A stretch of DNA of 56,799 nt from a virus (Duplodnaviria; Caudoviricetes). The notes beneath the pieces are model-generated. The model was not told the origin of the DNA. It was given only the letters and a program-made list of their open reading frames with translations, and did no database searches. Of this stretch, positions 38,791-51,600 are shown piece by piece (within the stretch, counting starts at the first letter, position 1; every line of letters begins with the position of its first letter). The stretch is from positions 1 through 56,799 of IMG/VR virus record IMGVR_UViG_3300049783_001292; one strand, given 5' to 3'. Made by a program: the position numbers and the translations under genes.

Positions 38791-39378
38791 TTAAAAGCGC
38801 AACCTTACCCCTGCACTTGGTACTAAGGCGTTAATATCACCGTTTTTATACAGGTCTGCACCAAGGGTAATACTAGAATGACCTGTTCGGTAGGCTAGCC
38901 CTATATAGATATGCGCAGCGGCATTAGAATAATCATAGTAATTCGTAAGCTTTACCTGTTCACTAATGTCAGGTTCGGCATTGTAAATTTCTCGGTAATT
39001 ACTGTTCACTGAAACTTCTGAAATCCCGATTTTAGCAATGATATTGAATGGTTCAGTTAAGCTAAATTCTTTTACTACATCTAAAGTGGTCACTTCAAAT
39101 TTTCGCTTAGTGTTAGAGTCAATAACACCGTCCAGGTAAGGTGCGCTAGACCTGCCTATTGTGTCTTTGTATACCGCATAACCTAACTCAAAGCCTAAGC
39201 CTGATGTTGATAACCATCCGGCTTTAAGCTTTACACCTTTTGCTTTTACGTTTGCTTGATTAGTTACATCTATATCTGCCTGGCCTAGACTCACCTCAAG
39301 CACCGTACCGGCAATACTTGATACAGACGTTACGCAAAGAGCGATTACAATCATTATACTGAATAAAATTTTCTTCAT
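38791..39378 (-). CDS. Outer-membrane beta-barrel protein (OmpA/Lom-like moron)
   Basis: Signal peptide MKKILFS...SIA, GFELGY, C-terminal VRLRF; opposite strand to the late genes. Confidence 0.85.
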   Translation of the reverse strand: MKKILFSIMIVIALCVTSVSSIAGTVLEVSLGQADIDVTNQANVKAKGVKLKAGWLSTSGLGFELGYAVYKDTIGRSSAPYLDGVIDSNTKRKFEVTTLDVVKEFSLTEPFNIIAKIGISEVSVNSNYREIYNAEPDISEQVKLTNYYDYSNAAAHIYIGLAYRTGHSSITLGADLYKNGDINALVPSAGVRLRF

Positions 39379-39525
39379 TAGTGCCTCTTCTCTGTTATTA
39401 ATGACAGTTATGTATACAACTACAGTTATTGTATAAAAAATACAGTATACCAAACTATTCATCTAGGTTGAATTGTAAGACTAGATATAGCCAAACCTCC
39501 CGATTTAAGGTAATATTTCACCACT

Positions 39526-39936
39526 ATGGACAAATTCACTTTGGTTAAATCTGAGTGGTTAGCACATAGGGTCAGACTTAAAGACCAAATAGATCGCATA
39601 GGCGAACTTGCTAACGACAAAGATTTTTATACCAACATCGACAAAGCCTGCTCTAACGAGTGGGCTTTTTTGTTTCTGTCTCCTAATGGTTTCTTGATTT
39701 TAAGGCCAAGGCATAACCAACAAGTCAGTTACATTGATGTTGTAGCCGCGCATTGCCATGAAGGTGATGCTATTTCTAAATACCTTCCTTTTGTTTTAAC
39801 TCTTGCCAAAAAAGGCCAAGCGCAATATCTACGGTTTTACACTGTCCGAAAAGGCTTTGATAAAGTTGCGCTTAACCATGGGTTTACTAAAGTCGGGTTT
39901 CACCACAAATTCGCTGTTTGGCGATACAAAATATAG
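39526..39936 (+). CDS. Putative GNAT-like protein preceding the ejection genes
   Basis: GFLIL, LRFYTVRKGF and HGF motifs; position typical of podophages. Confidence 0.65.
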   Translation: MDKFTLVKSEWLAHRVRLKDQIDRIGELANDKDFYTNIDKACSNEWAFLFLSPNGFLILRPRHNQQVSYIDVVAAHCHEGDAISKYLPFVLTLAKKGQAQYLRFYTVRKGFDKVALNHGFTKVGFHHKFAVWRYKI

Positions 39937-39944
39937 AGGCCATT

Positions 39945-40577
39945 ATGGGTGGTAGTGAAGAAGTAGAAGAAACCGAGTATGAAAAAGAACTCGCCAAAGT
40001 GTATAAGGACCAATGGAACTATTATCAAAAAGACGTAGTGCCGATGGAGGGCGTTGTGATTGACGAAGCCAAGTCGAGCAATGACACGAAGGTCTATGAC
40101 AGTATTTCTGGTGATGTAAATCTAGGTTATCAAAAAGCGTTTAGTAAAGCGGGTGAACAAACGTTAGATAATTTAGCCGCAAGCGGTGTTGATCCAAGCT
40201 CAGGCAAAGCTAAGGGGCTATTAAGCGACTTAAGCAATGAACAAGCTTCAGTGTCGGCAGACGCAACAAGTCGCGCTGAAAGTGATGGTCAAGAGCGATA
40301 CACCGACAAAATGTCGAATGTAATGGCAATGGGGCAAGGTGAAGCGCAACAAGCGGTATCATCACTGAGTGATATTGCAGCGAACTCACAACGAAAAGCT
40401 TTTCAAGATGCCAGTATTTCAGCGAAAAACAAAACCAACACGTTAAGCACTATCGGTGCGGTGGGTGGCGCTATGGCAAGCGGCTCAATGAAGAAGCCAG
40501 GCGTTGACCTGAATTCTCCCGAAATTTTAGCCGGTACGCCGACTAATCAAAGTTATAACGGAACGAGGGTTACGTAG
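39945..40577 (+). CDS. Internal virion/ejection protein
   Basis: MGGS start after GAGG; GVDPSSG; glycine-rich C-terminus. Confidence 0.7.
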   Translation: MGGSEEVEETEYEKELAKVYKDQWNYYQKDVVPMEGVVIDEAKSSNDTKVYDSISGDVNLGYQKAFSKAGEQTLDNLAASGVDPSSGKAKGLLSDLSNEQASVSADATSRAESDGQERYTDKMSNVMAMGQGEAQQAVSSLSDIAANSQRKAFQDASISAKNKTNTLSTIGAVGGAMASGSMKKPGVDLNSPEILAGTPTNQSYNGTRVT

Positions 40578-40579
40578 TC

Positions 40580-41023
40580 ATGATGGAATATACAAAAATT
40601 GAAAGAGAAGATGCTGGCATGATAGCGGGCAAGACTTCAGAGAAAGGCTATCAAGACACGATGGCCGATCTTACGCGCGACCAGTGGAATGACTTTAAAA
40701 CGCGATACTTACCAGTGCAAAAAGACTTATTTAACCTGGCCACTAGTGATCAGTTATTAACGGAGCAGTTAGGGCGTAATAAAGAAAACATTGAAAGCTC
40801 TTTTGCCAACTCAGAGCAAAACGAGTCAATGCGACTAGGTAGATATGGCTTAGACGCTGAAAAATCACAGCAAAACGGCAACAACACTAATCTACTTAAA
40901 AGCCTCACTACCGCATCAGTGAACAATGAGACTCGCGGAGCCGTTGATGATCTGCAAAATAAAATCATTACCGGTCAAGGTGGCGCACCTAAATCACTTG
41001 CTGACATTGGAGGCACAGGATAA
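40580..41023 (+). CDS. Internal virion/ejection protein
   Basis: ADLTRDQWNDFKTRYLP; position. Confidence 0.7.
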   Translation: MMEYTKIEREDAGMIAGKTSEKGYQDTMADLTRDQWNDFKTRYLPVQKDLFNLATSDQLLTEQLGRNKENIESSFANSEQNESMRLGRYGLDAEKSQQNGNNTNLLKSLTTASVNNETRGAVDDLQNKIITGQGGAPKSLADIGGTG

Positions 41024-41259
41024 TGAGCTATAGCATAATGAATGCCGGAGCTAGCACGAAAGCCCAGGCTAAAAATTCTTTAAAAACACTTTCGGATCTA
41101 GAGCAAAACCGAGAGGCCACCAATAAACAGCTAGCCCAACAAAAGAAAGGCAATCAATTAAGCGGCGTTAGTAGCGGTGCAATGATGGGCTTTATGGTTG
41201 GTGGCCCTGCGGGTGCGGCTATCGGGGCCGGTGTTGGCTTAATTGCGGGATCACTTTAG
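41023..41259 (+). CDS. Small glycine-zipper virion protein
   Basis: GAMMGFMVGGPAGAAIGAGVGLIAG. Confidence 0.75.
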   Translation: MSYSIMNAGASTKAQAKNSLKTLSDLEQNREATNKQLAQQKKGNQLSGVSSGAMMGFMVGGPAGAAIGAGVGLIAGSL

Positions 41260-41268
41260 GAGAAAACA

Positions 41269-42606
41269 ATGGGCGCACCACTTTTAGACGGCTTTGAGCG
41301 TGGCTTTAACATGATGGAGCGGCACGATGCTCGAGTCGGCCGTAAAGAACGTTTATCTAGAATGGATGAACAAAACGAAAGTCGATACCAGGCCGGTCAA
41401 ACAAGATTAGCTGATATGGATAAGCAGAACGAAAGTCGCTATCAGGACAATCAAGCAAGGCAAGTCACTAATGACAAAGCTGCCGTTGACTATCGGGCAA
41501 GCATGCTTAGTAGTAGACAAGAGAGCACTGAAAATCAGCAAAAGCATTACAAGTGGCAGCAAAATGTTAAGGAACGCGAACAGAAGTGGAGCCTAATCGC
41601 CCCCCAATTAGAAAATATTCACAACCAATTTTTTGAAACGGGAGCCATGCCAGAACAGGCTGCGCAGTTCTTTAAAGATACCCCGCTGTATAACGATTAC
41701 AACCCTGCCACTTATACAGATAAAAAGCGCAGAGACTCAATTAAACAGCTAGAGGCTAAAACTAAAGGGGCGCTTGATAGTGGTAATTTTTCCGTTTTTA
41801 AAGAGCCTGAATTTTTAAAGCTTTTCAACACCTCCTATCAATCCACTATTAAACGTGGCGTGGGTGATTTTGATGATAAAGAAGGAGCAACAATAGTAGA
41901 CAAGGAGTTATACCGGCTTATTCCAGCCGGTGAGGGTTCTGTATCAATTGAGTTAAACGTTACATACCAAAAGCCTAACGGTGATAAATACACTAAACCT
42001 CAACCTATGACGAAGGGCGGCACTAATGAGGAAGAAGATCCTGTTAACCGCTGGTCTTTGGGTGAAATGATGAACACTATGAAGGTTCGCTCAAGCATGG
42101 CTGACTTAGCCGAAAATGGCGAGAAGTACCGAGCTAGAAGTCAACAAACACTAGGAGCAATGAAAGGGCCAGATAAAAACCCCGATTGGAAAGAAGTGAA
42201 AGGCAACATGGGCGAAACGCTAGGTTACCAGAACTTAAATAACGGCCAGTTCCAGAAGTTAGCCGGTGGCGCTGAAGAAGCGGGGATGAACATTGAAGAG
42301 AAAGCGAACAACAAGCAACAAGTGGCACTAGAGCAAACCAATACATTCCTTTCAGCCGCAGGGGGCATGAGTAAAGATCTTGGTCTTGACTTGAATGATG
42401 ATGATATAGCAACCGTGGTTCAAATGTTTGAAACTCAAGCTAGATCATCTGGTGGTAAAACCGACCTTAATGAGCTAATGACCAGTATGTTAAAGAATCA
42501 TGCGAAAACAAAGGCAGCAACCACCAAGCAAAAAGCTGAACAGCGAACAGCAAGAAAAGCGCATATCGCTGAAAATCCAGATACCTCACCACTTAGCTTT
42601 AAATAG
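41269..42606 (+). CDS. Internal virion/DNA transfer protein
   Basis: LLDGFERGF N-terminus; hydrophilic and helical; position. Confidence 0.7.
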   Translation: MGAPLLDGFERGFNMMERHDARVGRKERLSRMDEQNESRYQAGQTRLADMDKQNESRYQDNQARQVTNDKAAVDYRASMLSSRQESTENQQKHYKWQQNVKEREQKWSLIAPQLENIHNQFFETGAMPEQAAQFFKDTPLYNDYNPATYTDKKRRDSIKQLEAKTKGALDSGNFSVFKEPEFLKLFNTSYQSTIKRGVGDFDDKEGATIVDKELYRLIPAGEGSVSIELNVTYQKPNGDKYTKPQPMTKGGTNEEEDPVNRWSLGEMMNTMKVRSSMADLAENGEKYRARSQQTLGAMKGPDKNPDWKEVKGNMGETLGYQNLNNGQFQKLAGGAEEAGMNIEEKANNKQQVALEQTNTFLSAAGGMSKDLGLDLNDDDIATVVQMFETQARSSGGKTDLNELMTSMLKNHAKTKAATTKQKAEQRTARKAHIAENPDTSPLSFK

Positions 42607-42631
42607 TAGATTATTTACAGGACTTTTTTAA

Positions 42632-45600
42632 ATGACAGATCTTAACAAGTACGCCAAAGACTCAGGCTATTTTGACCAGGTAAAACCAGAAGATGATCGC
42701 TACGAATTCACCAAAGGCGTTACTTCCGCTTTAAGCAGTACGGTATCAGGCGGTAAGGCGTTGGTTGGTGCGGTTACTGGTGATGAAAACTTACAGTTAC
42801 GTTCGCTTGATGATATGCGCCAAAACTCGACAGATAACGCCGGTAAAGTGGGCCGCATTGAGGATATTGAAGGGGTTGGAGATTTTACCGACTGGCTATC
42901 TTATAACCTTGGTTCGGGTACCGCTTCAATTGCGACTATGGTGGCCGGTGGTGGTTTGGGCGGCTTGGCTCTAAAGGGGGCTGCCAAAGGCGCTTTAGTT
43001 AATGCCGGTAAAACATTAGGGGCAACAAGTACAGGTTTTGCGCCTAACTATGGTGAATCATTACAAAGCGCCTACGGCACAACAGGTGAAATCAAGAATC
43101 AAGCGGCGCTTGCGTCTGCCAGTATCAAAACCGCATTAGATTTTATTGTCCCTGCAAAATTATTAAAAGCTGGTATCGGCAAAGAAGCCTCTAAAGAATA
43201 TTCTGAGATTGCAAAGCAGAAGATGATTAATGACAAAGGCTTTGTTACCTGGGCGAAAGAAGCGCTTAAAACAGGTAAGACTGAAGCCTTTACTGAGGGC
43301 TTGCAAACTTACACCGATCAGGTGATGAATAACATACTAACAGAAGGAGATAATCCTCTTGCTGTTCGTAGTGGTTCGGAAATTTTTAACGCTATGGCTG
43401 CCGGTGGTGCCGGTTCTATGGGTATTGGTGCTTATAGTGGTTATCAACAAAATAGAAATGCTGAAGCTTTACGCAATCAATCCAGTGATGTTAATGGCCA
43501 GGTCGATGATTTATGGGAGCTTGCTCAAACCGATGAAGTAGCAAGCAAGCGCGTTAATCAATGGCAGCAAAAGCGCTCTGACGTTGCTAAAACAGGGGTG
43601 CGTGATCTAATTGCTCAAGGTGCTTCACCGGAAGAAGCCAACGCCGAAATGAGAAAATCTTTAATTCTTTCGGCTAAAAAACAAGGTATGTCAGATTTAA
43701 ATGCCATTAGCAGTGCTGACAATGCGTTAACCATGACTGAAGTTGAGATCATGCAAGACAACGCACCGGAGTTTTTTGAAGAACTGAACGGTAGTGAAGC
43801 GTCGGTTGACTATGATGTGCCAACCGCCGCAAGAAATGCCGGAGCTAAAAACGACTTAGAAGCGGGTAAATTTGGTGAGGCGCTAGAGTCTGGTGAACCG
43901 CTAACAATCCCTAATCGAGAAGCGCCTAAAGGCAAAGAGAACGCTGACTATGACGTTCCAGCCGCCGCGAGAAATGCGGGTGCTAAAAATAATGTAGAAG
44001 CGGGTAAGTTTGGTGATTGGATAACAAGCCCTTTGCAAGAGTCATTAGGCACAATGAAGGATCAAACACCGGCTGATATGGTGGGCGAGGCGAGTAGCAA
44101 TACGGGTTATACCCCGCAAGACAGGACAGTGCTTGAAGGTGATGTACTTTCAAAAGAGCAAAGTAGCGAACTCGTTAATCAACGCACCTATACGGGTATT
44201 AATGGTGACTTCATTGAAGGGGAGTCAACGGCGGCAAAAGGTAAGTTTCCTACCGAGCAAGAAGTAAATCAACGACAAGGCCGCGATAAAGCTAAGGCTG
44301 ATTTTTCAGAACAACCCGCACAAGTGACCGATAAAAACATTGTGTATGGCCAAGATAATACGCGAGAAGTTGACGGTAAAGTTGCACAAGAAAAAATGGT
44401 TGATGGCATTAAAAATCAACCCAAGCAAATAACTGACAAGAATATAATTTTTGCTAAAGATACGGATGAATTAGGTAAAGTACACGTTAAAGCCAATGGC
44501 AAACCGTTTAAAAATGAGCGTCTACTTAAAATATCAAGAGGCTATAAAGAAGCGGTTCGTCAAAAAGAACCCGTTGAAGTGATCGCCCATGAAGGTGGGT
44601 TAGCTTGGCGTTATCAGCCGAAGAGTGAAAAATCATCAGAAGCGACCGCACCTATCTCTGGTCCTAAAGCAATCGACGAGGCCGCGCACGAAGCCGCCAC
44701 TTCTCCCATGAATGATCTAGCTGAGCCTACCATTGCTCAGGCGGAAGCCAATAACTACAAGTTAGGCCGAATAGTACATAGTGGCATTAAAATCGGTATT
44801 GAAAACCCGCAAGGCAGCTACCGCAAAGGTATTGATGGTGACGGCAAAAAGTGGTCCAATAAAATCAATCATCATTATGGTGACGTTACCGGCTCAAAAG
44901 GCGCAGACGGTGACGCACTTGATGTATTTGTTAACCCTAATACGGAAAGTAGCACGAATGCTTACATCGTTGACCAAGTAGAGCCGAAAACAGGCGCTTT
45001 TGATGAACATAAAATCATGCTTGGTTTTGACTCTAAAGATGATGCCGAAAAAGCATACTTATCTAATTATGATAAAGGCTGGAAGGGTGTTGGGGCCATT
45101 AGTGAAGTGCCTATTGAAACATTTAAAGGTTGGGTGGAAAAAGGCAACACTATTCAAGCTTATAAAAAGCCCGATACACCCCAAGAACAAACACCACAAG
45201 AAACGGCCTCACAAAAGGCCGTTGTCGTATCTGAAGCTAAAGAAACCGATGTTAACCTTACCAGTGAGGGTGACATACCTCAAGAGACTGATATGTTTGG
45301 AGATAGCGCACCGGTAGAGCCTAAATCTCAATCCAAAATTAAAATTGGAAAAATTGATACCGACGATTGGGCTGAACACCTTGAAGATGCCGATGGTGAT
45401 ATTGAGCAAGCTAAACAGGACTATAACGACAGTTCACTTGAAGCTATTGACTATGGCATTAATGAGATCGACAGTATAGACAGCCCTAGCCAGGTTGCAT
45501 TAGCTGCGGATGAAATACAAAAATACATCGATGCGGGGGTAACTGGTTATGATGAAATCGCCGTTAATCGAATATTAAGAGCAAATAAAAAGCTAAATAA

Positions 45601-48600
45601 AGTTCAGGAACCTGAAACGGCTCAGGACAGCGAACCTTCATGGAAGGAGTGGATGGGCAAAGACGAGCAAGCCCAATTATCTGTCACTGCCAGAGCAATT
45701 GGAGATCTGGAAGAACGCATTGTGTTAGCCAGTGAGCCTTTTTCAAAGAAAAAGTACCAAAAAGAGTTGGCTGAGCGAAACGAACAGAGAGAAATGCTTT
45801 TATCTGGCATGACTATTGAAGAAATACTGAAAAACCAAAAAGCCACTGAAACCCTCGGCGGTGAAACTGGTGTCATTCAAGGCATAGAAAGGACCACCAC
45901 TGAAAGCCTTAACGATGAAGCCGAACAAGCCAGCGGTCCAATTTCCGGAAATAGAAAGCTACTCGACTTCATGGTGCAAGAGATTAAAAAATCTTACATT
46001 GCCAACAACAATGACTTAAAGGCCGTAGGTAAGCGATATTATGGCTTAGAAAAGGCTCTCGACGTTACGCCTCAACAATTAAAATTGCTACAAGAGGCTT
46101 TTGAAACGGTTAACGTGATCAAGCGCAGAGCTAGCACTCAAAACTTGTTAGGAACACTGAAGAACAAAGATGCTGCAGTGTTAAAAGTGTTTAATGGCCA
46201 TGTTAAAGCTTATGAAGGGCAACCCAACCTAGATGTAAGAACTAAAAAATCGGTTGAGTTCCAAGCTTACAGTACCCCTTCACCTATGTCATTTTTAAGC
46301 AATATTGCTGCCGGTGTTGATGCTAATTCTACGGTGTTTGAGCCTACCGCTGGTAACGGATTACTGCTATTAACTTCAGCACCAGAAAACACCTTTGCCA
46401 ACGAGTTAGACCCTGTTCGTGCGGATTCATTAGCCTATACCGGTTTTAATGTTACGATGAAAAACGCCACTAATAGCCCTTTTGATGGTTGGCTAGATGG
46501 ACCGGTTGATGCGGTACTTGCCAACCCTCCTTTTGGGCGTTTACGCGATGATAACGGCAAGCCAACTGATTTTACCTTTACGGACAAGCAAGGTAAGTCG
46601 CGTGTATTTAAAGAAATAGATCATGTGATTGCTTACCAGGCATTGGAGGCCATGAAGGATAACGGCAAGGCTTCGCTGATATTGGGCGCACCAAAAGAGG
46701 CGAGTGATTACAAAGGCAATAACAAAATATTTTTAAATTGGCTTTATCAGAACTATAATGTTCAACATCACATTGAAGCTGATGGTAAACTCTATAAAGG
46801 GCAAGGTGCTGCATGGCCCTTGCAGATGATTACAATTAATGGTCGGGCGCTTGAAGGTACGGGTAAGTTTGCGCCCATCAAAGGACAAATTGAGCGATTA
46901 ACATCGTGGGAAGCTATCTATGAAAACTACAAGCAATCTGGATTACTGGACACCAACAACAAGCAATTTAAGCTTGGAAGAAAAAGCGCTAGTAACTTGC
47001 CGGATAGCCAAGGGGCAAAAGTTGTCCCACTTTCTGATAGAGCAAACGATACAGGACAATCTGATAGCGGAGTTGATGGAAATGCCAGTAGCAGACAGGC
47101 AAGACCTCAAGCCGTATTACCAGACGATAGATCCACAGGAGCTAGCGCAGATGCTAGTGTCGGATTCGACAGTCAACCAGATATTATCGACACTGGATTG
47201 GTCAAAGCAGACAGTAAACCAAAGACCGGAAGAACTGGCAATACAACAAGCGAAGCAACTGACAGTGTGGGATTACCTGGACAACGCCCAAGCGAATCAA
47301 TAGCCGAGCAAAAAGGTCACAGCAAAGCACCAAAGCAAATTTCTACCAAAGTAAAAAAGATAAATGACTTCCAGGCTGAATATCAAACGGCCTCTGACGG
47401 ATTCAACGACAAGGTATTAACACCGGTTAATATCGCCTCTTATACGCAATCAGCATTAATCGACATTCAAACCCGTCACGGCAGTATTGATGATTTTGTT
47501 ATGGCCCGTTTAGGCTACGACAACAAAAAAGATTTACACAAAGCCTTTATGGGGCTGCAAGCCGACTCTGTTGCGCTTGCGGTTGATGCCATTGAAAAAG
47601 GTCGCGGCATTATTATTGGCGATCAGACCGGTGTAGGTAAAGGCCGTCAAGCTGCTGGTATTATCCGCTATGCGCTTGAAAACGGCAAAACGCCTATTTT
47701 TGTTTCTCAAAAGCCGAACTTATTCACTGATATGTACGACGATCTTGAAGATGTTGGTGTGAAGGGCTTTACCCCTTTAATTGTCAATCAAGACAAAGGT
47801 TACATCTCTAAAGATGGTAAAAAGGTTTTTAACCACTCGTCAGCCAACCGTAAAAAGCTAATGGATAAAGTGTCAGCTAACCGCGAACTGCCTAAAGGTT
47901 ACGATGCTTTATTTTTAACTTACTCGCAAATATCATCAGATAAGCAAGGCACAAAAACTAGCATGATTGATGGCTTGTTAGATAACGCTATCTTGGTCAT
48001 GGACGAGTCGCACACTGCTGCCGGTGGTGCGTCTAAGCTTGGTGTTGCCTTTCAAAATTTTGTAAGTAAAGCGGCAGGGGTAACTTACTTGTCGGCTACT
48101 TATGCCAAGCGCCCTGATAACATGTTGCTTTACATGCGCACTGACTTAGGCTTAGCAACCGATAACTACGAAAACTTAGTTAATGCGGTCCAAAATGGCG
48201 GCTTGGGTATGCAAACGTACATTGCCAGTAAACTTGCTGAAGCAGGGCAGATGGTAAGGCGTGAACGCTCTTTTGAAGGTATTAGCATTAAAGATGCCGT
48301 TATCAAAGACGCTTCAGGCGAAACCGCTAAGTTATTTGACCAAACAACCGAAGCACTACGGGCCATTCAAGATACATCGGCTTATTGGCGCTCTTATGTA
48401 GAACGCGACTTAGCCAACGACATACAGCGTGAAACGGGCTTGGATACTCGTATTTCAGGTAATCAGTCAGATACCGCAATCAACGTCACCTTGTTTAGTT
48501 CAGTTGTGCACAACTACATACGTCAACTCACACTAGGGTTAAAAGCAAAAGAATCAGCGCAATTGGCCATTAAAGCCATTAAAGACGGTAAGCGCCCTGT

Positions 48601-51600
48601 TATTGCCCTTGAAAGCACACTAGGATCCGCATTAAAAGCGTACATGGATAAGTACGGGAAAGTGACCGGTGATCATGCCGATAGCTTGAATTTTTCTACC
48701 ATGCTTGAAGCTGTATTGGATAACACGCTTGCTTATTCAACGAAAGAACCTGGTGAGAAAAAAGGCGTTAAAACCGTCGTCAGTATTGATGCGGTTAGCG
48801 ATCCGATGGTGCAAGAAATGTATCAACAAGCTAAGGCCGCTATTAAGCGCATTGATGCCAGTAAAATACCAGCTTCACCTATTGATACAATCCGTCATGA
48901 GATAACCAAGGCCGGTTATAGTGTTGCTGAAATTACAGGTCGAGACTTGATCATTGATTACAACGACAACGCTAAAATCATTAATCGTCCGGCAAGCGAG
49001 GACAATCGACGCGATACTGTTGATAGGTTTAATACCAGTAAGCTTGACGTTATTATTTTAAACCAAGCCGGTTCTACGGGGCTTTCTTTACATGCCAGTG
49101 AAAAGCTTGCTAAAGAACACCAAAAACCTAGATATATGGTCATTGCTGAGCCTTCTCTTGATGTAAATGTTTACATGCAGATGTTAGGTCGCGCAAACAG
49201 AACAGGGCAAGTTGTGCCGCCAAGTTATGATAATGCCTGGCTTGATTTACCTTCTGAAAAACGCCCTGCTGCGGTTATAGCTCGTAAAATGAAAGGCTTG
49301 AACGCCAATACTTCAGGCAATATCGATTCAGCAACCAGTGTTGAATCTATTGATATTTTAAATGAATACGGTGATGAAGTTGTTCGCAATTACGCGGCAG
49401 AGAATCGCAGCATGCTGGCTTCATACAATGCTAAGTTAGTTTCTTTGCCTGAAGAAGATGCGGCAAATTACTTCTTGGGCAAGGTTGCTGTACTTCCTGT
49501 AAAAATTCAAGACAAGGTGTTAAATGAAATTGAAGCCGCTTACAAGGATCACATTGCTTTTCTTGATGCGACAGGGCAAAACCAACTAAATACTAAGTCA
49601 CTTGATTTAGAAGCGCGACCTATTTCACAAAAAATTATCGCTGAAAGTCGCGCCAGTGCGGGTGTCTTTGCTGAGCCGGTCTATTTAACGAAGGTAGAAG
49701 CAAAGGCGCAAGGTAAAGCGCCTAGTTGGTCTGAAGTCAGTGATGCTTTAGCCGAGTCGAGTCAAGCCGAGTTTGATGTAGCCACTCAGGAAATGCAAGA
49801 CGATACTGTTTATAGCGAATCGTTATCTGGTCGTTTAGTTCAGCTACAAGAAAAGGAGGCCGAGGCCCGTTCTGAAGGAAAGAAAACAGATGGCTATGCG
49901 ACACAAATTAACGGCATAAAAGAGCGTCAACGAGATTTTGAAGCCGACAAGCGCCAAATAAAGAATGATTTTAGCGAAGGGGGTACTTACAGTCACGGCG
50001 CATTTATTAATGTTATGCCTAACGAAAGCTTTGAAAAGGCGGTTCATGGCGTAATTGTTGGCTTGGACTACAAGCACGAAACCGGAAACCCTACTGCTAA
50101 ATCAAAATGGAAACTAAAGGTAATGGTTGCCGATAGAATGCGCACCATTCCAATTAACTTAAGCCGCGCCCAAGATGGGGTGATCCAAGGTAAGCGTTGG
50201 GATAGTCAATCAAACATGGCCAAGATGTTTGATCAAATGAGTCAGTTACCACAAACTGAAACGCGACATATTATGACCGGCAACCTTGTTGAAGCAACCA
50301 CATCAACAGCAAAGCAAGGTCGTATCGTGCCATTTTCAACGCATGATAACAGAGTGATTCAAGGGCTGTTGTTACCGGCAAGCTTTAACGCAGACGAAGA
50401 TGTAAAAGCTAAATCTCAAGCGACAACCGAAGAGTCGGTGAAATGGCTGCTTAATGTTGACGATGATATTTTTGCCTCAATGGGTCTTAGCACGAATGAT
50501 AAAGCGGTCACGGTTAGGCGCAAACGATGGGAGGAAGGTTATTCAGTCGAAATGCCTAAGTCAGCCGCCAAAGGTAAGAAGTATTGGGGTAACGAGGCAA
50601 TTGAGGCTGTTATTGGTGAACAAGCGGTTAAAGGTGGTGGTACATTCTCAGTCAACTTGACTAAAGAACAAGTTATGCCTTTTGCCAAAGCCATGAAAGC
50701 GATTAACCCGTTAAGTGTCCAGGGGCAGGTACAAATAAAATCTTTCAATAAAATGTTTGGTAAAGAGTCTAATGATTTTGCCAAACAAGATATTGTCTTT
50801 AGTAGAGATAAATCAGCGGGGGTCGTATCTGATAGTGGGTCCGTGGGCGTTAGTGATGCGACCACCGTTAGTCAAGCTGATGCTGATATAGTCGTCGATC
50901 GTATCATCAGTGATTGGGATGGCGGCTCGTTGCGCAAGGATGATTTTATTGTTGTTTCTACGTTTGACGAACTTCCGCAAAACATAAAAGATGCCGCTAA
51001 AGATCAGGGCGCTGAAAATCAAGTAGGTGGCGTATTCCATCGAGGTAAAACCTATTTAGTTAGAGACAAACTTAAAGATCAACAGGAAGTTGAAACAACA
51101 ATTTTCCATGAAACCTACGGGCATCATGGCATAAGAAAGTTATTCGGTAAAGAAATCGCGCAAAAGCTAAATCAACTACTCGTTGGTATTGGCGGCATGA
51201 AAGGCATGGACAAAATAGCGAAAAAGTATGGTATTGATCTGGATGCTTATAAGGAGGGGCTTGCTGGTTCAACATTAACCAACGCCCAGGCGCAAACTAT
51301 ATTGATGGACGAGTTACTTGCGCATTTAGCGGAAAATAACAAACCGTCAGTGATGCGTAAAGTTAGAGAAATTATTGGCGCTGTTCGTCAGTGGCTTAAA
51401 AACTCTGGCTTTATCAAGCTACAAGGCGTAAGCGATAGCGAGTTGTTTTATATCTTAAAGCAAGCACGAAAAGCGGTTCAAGGTGGCAATGGCAAAGGCG
51501 GCAATGGTGACATTCGCTTTTCAAGAGTCAGTGATGTTGTTGATAAGCTAGCCCCTAAAAAGCAAAGCAATACCCTTATTGCCAATGAAGATGAAGGTAA

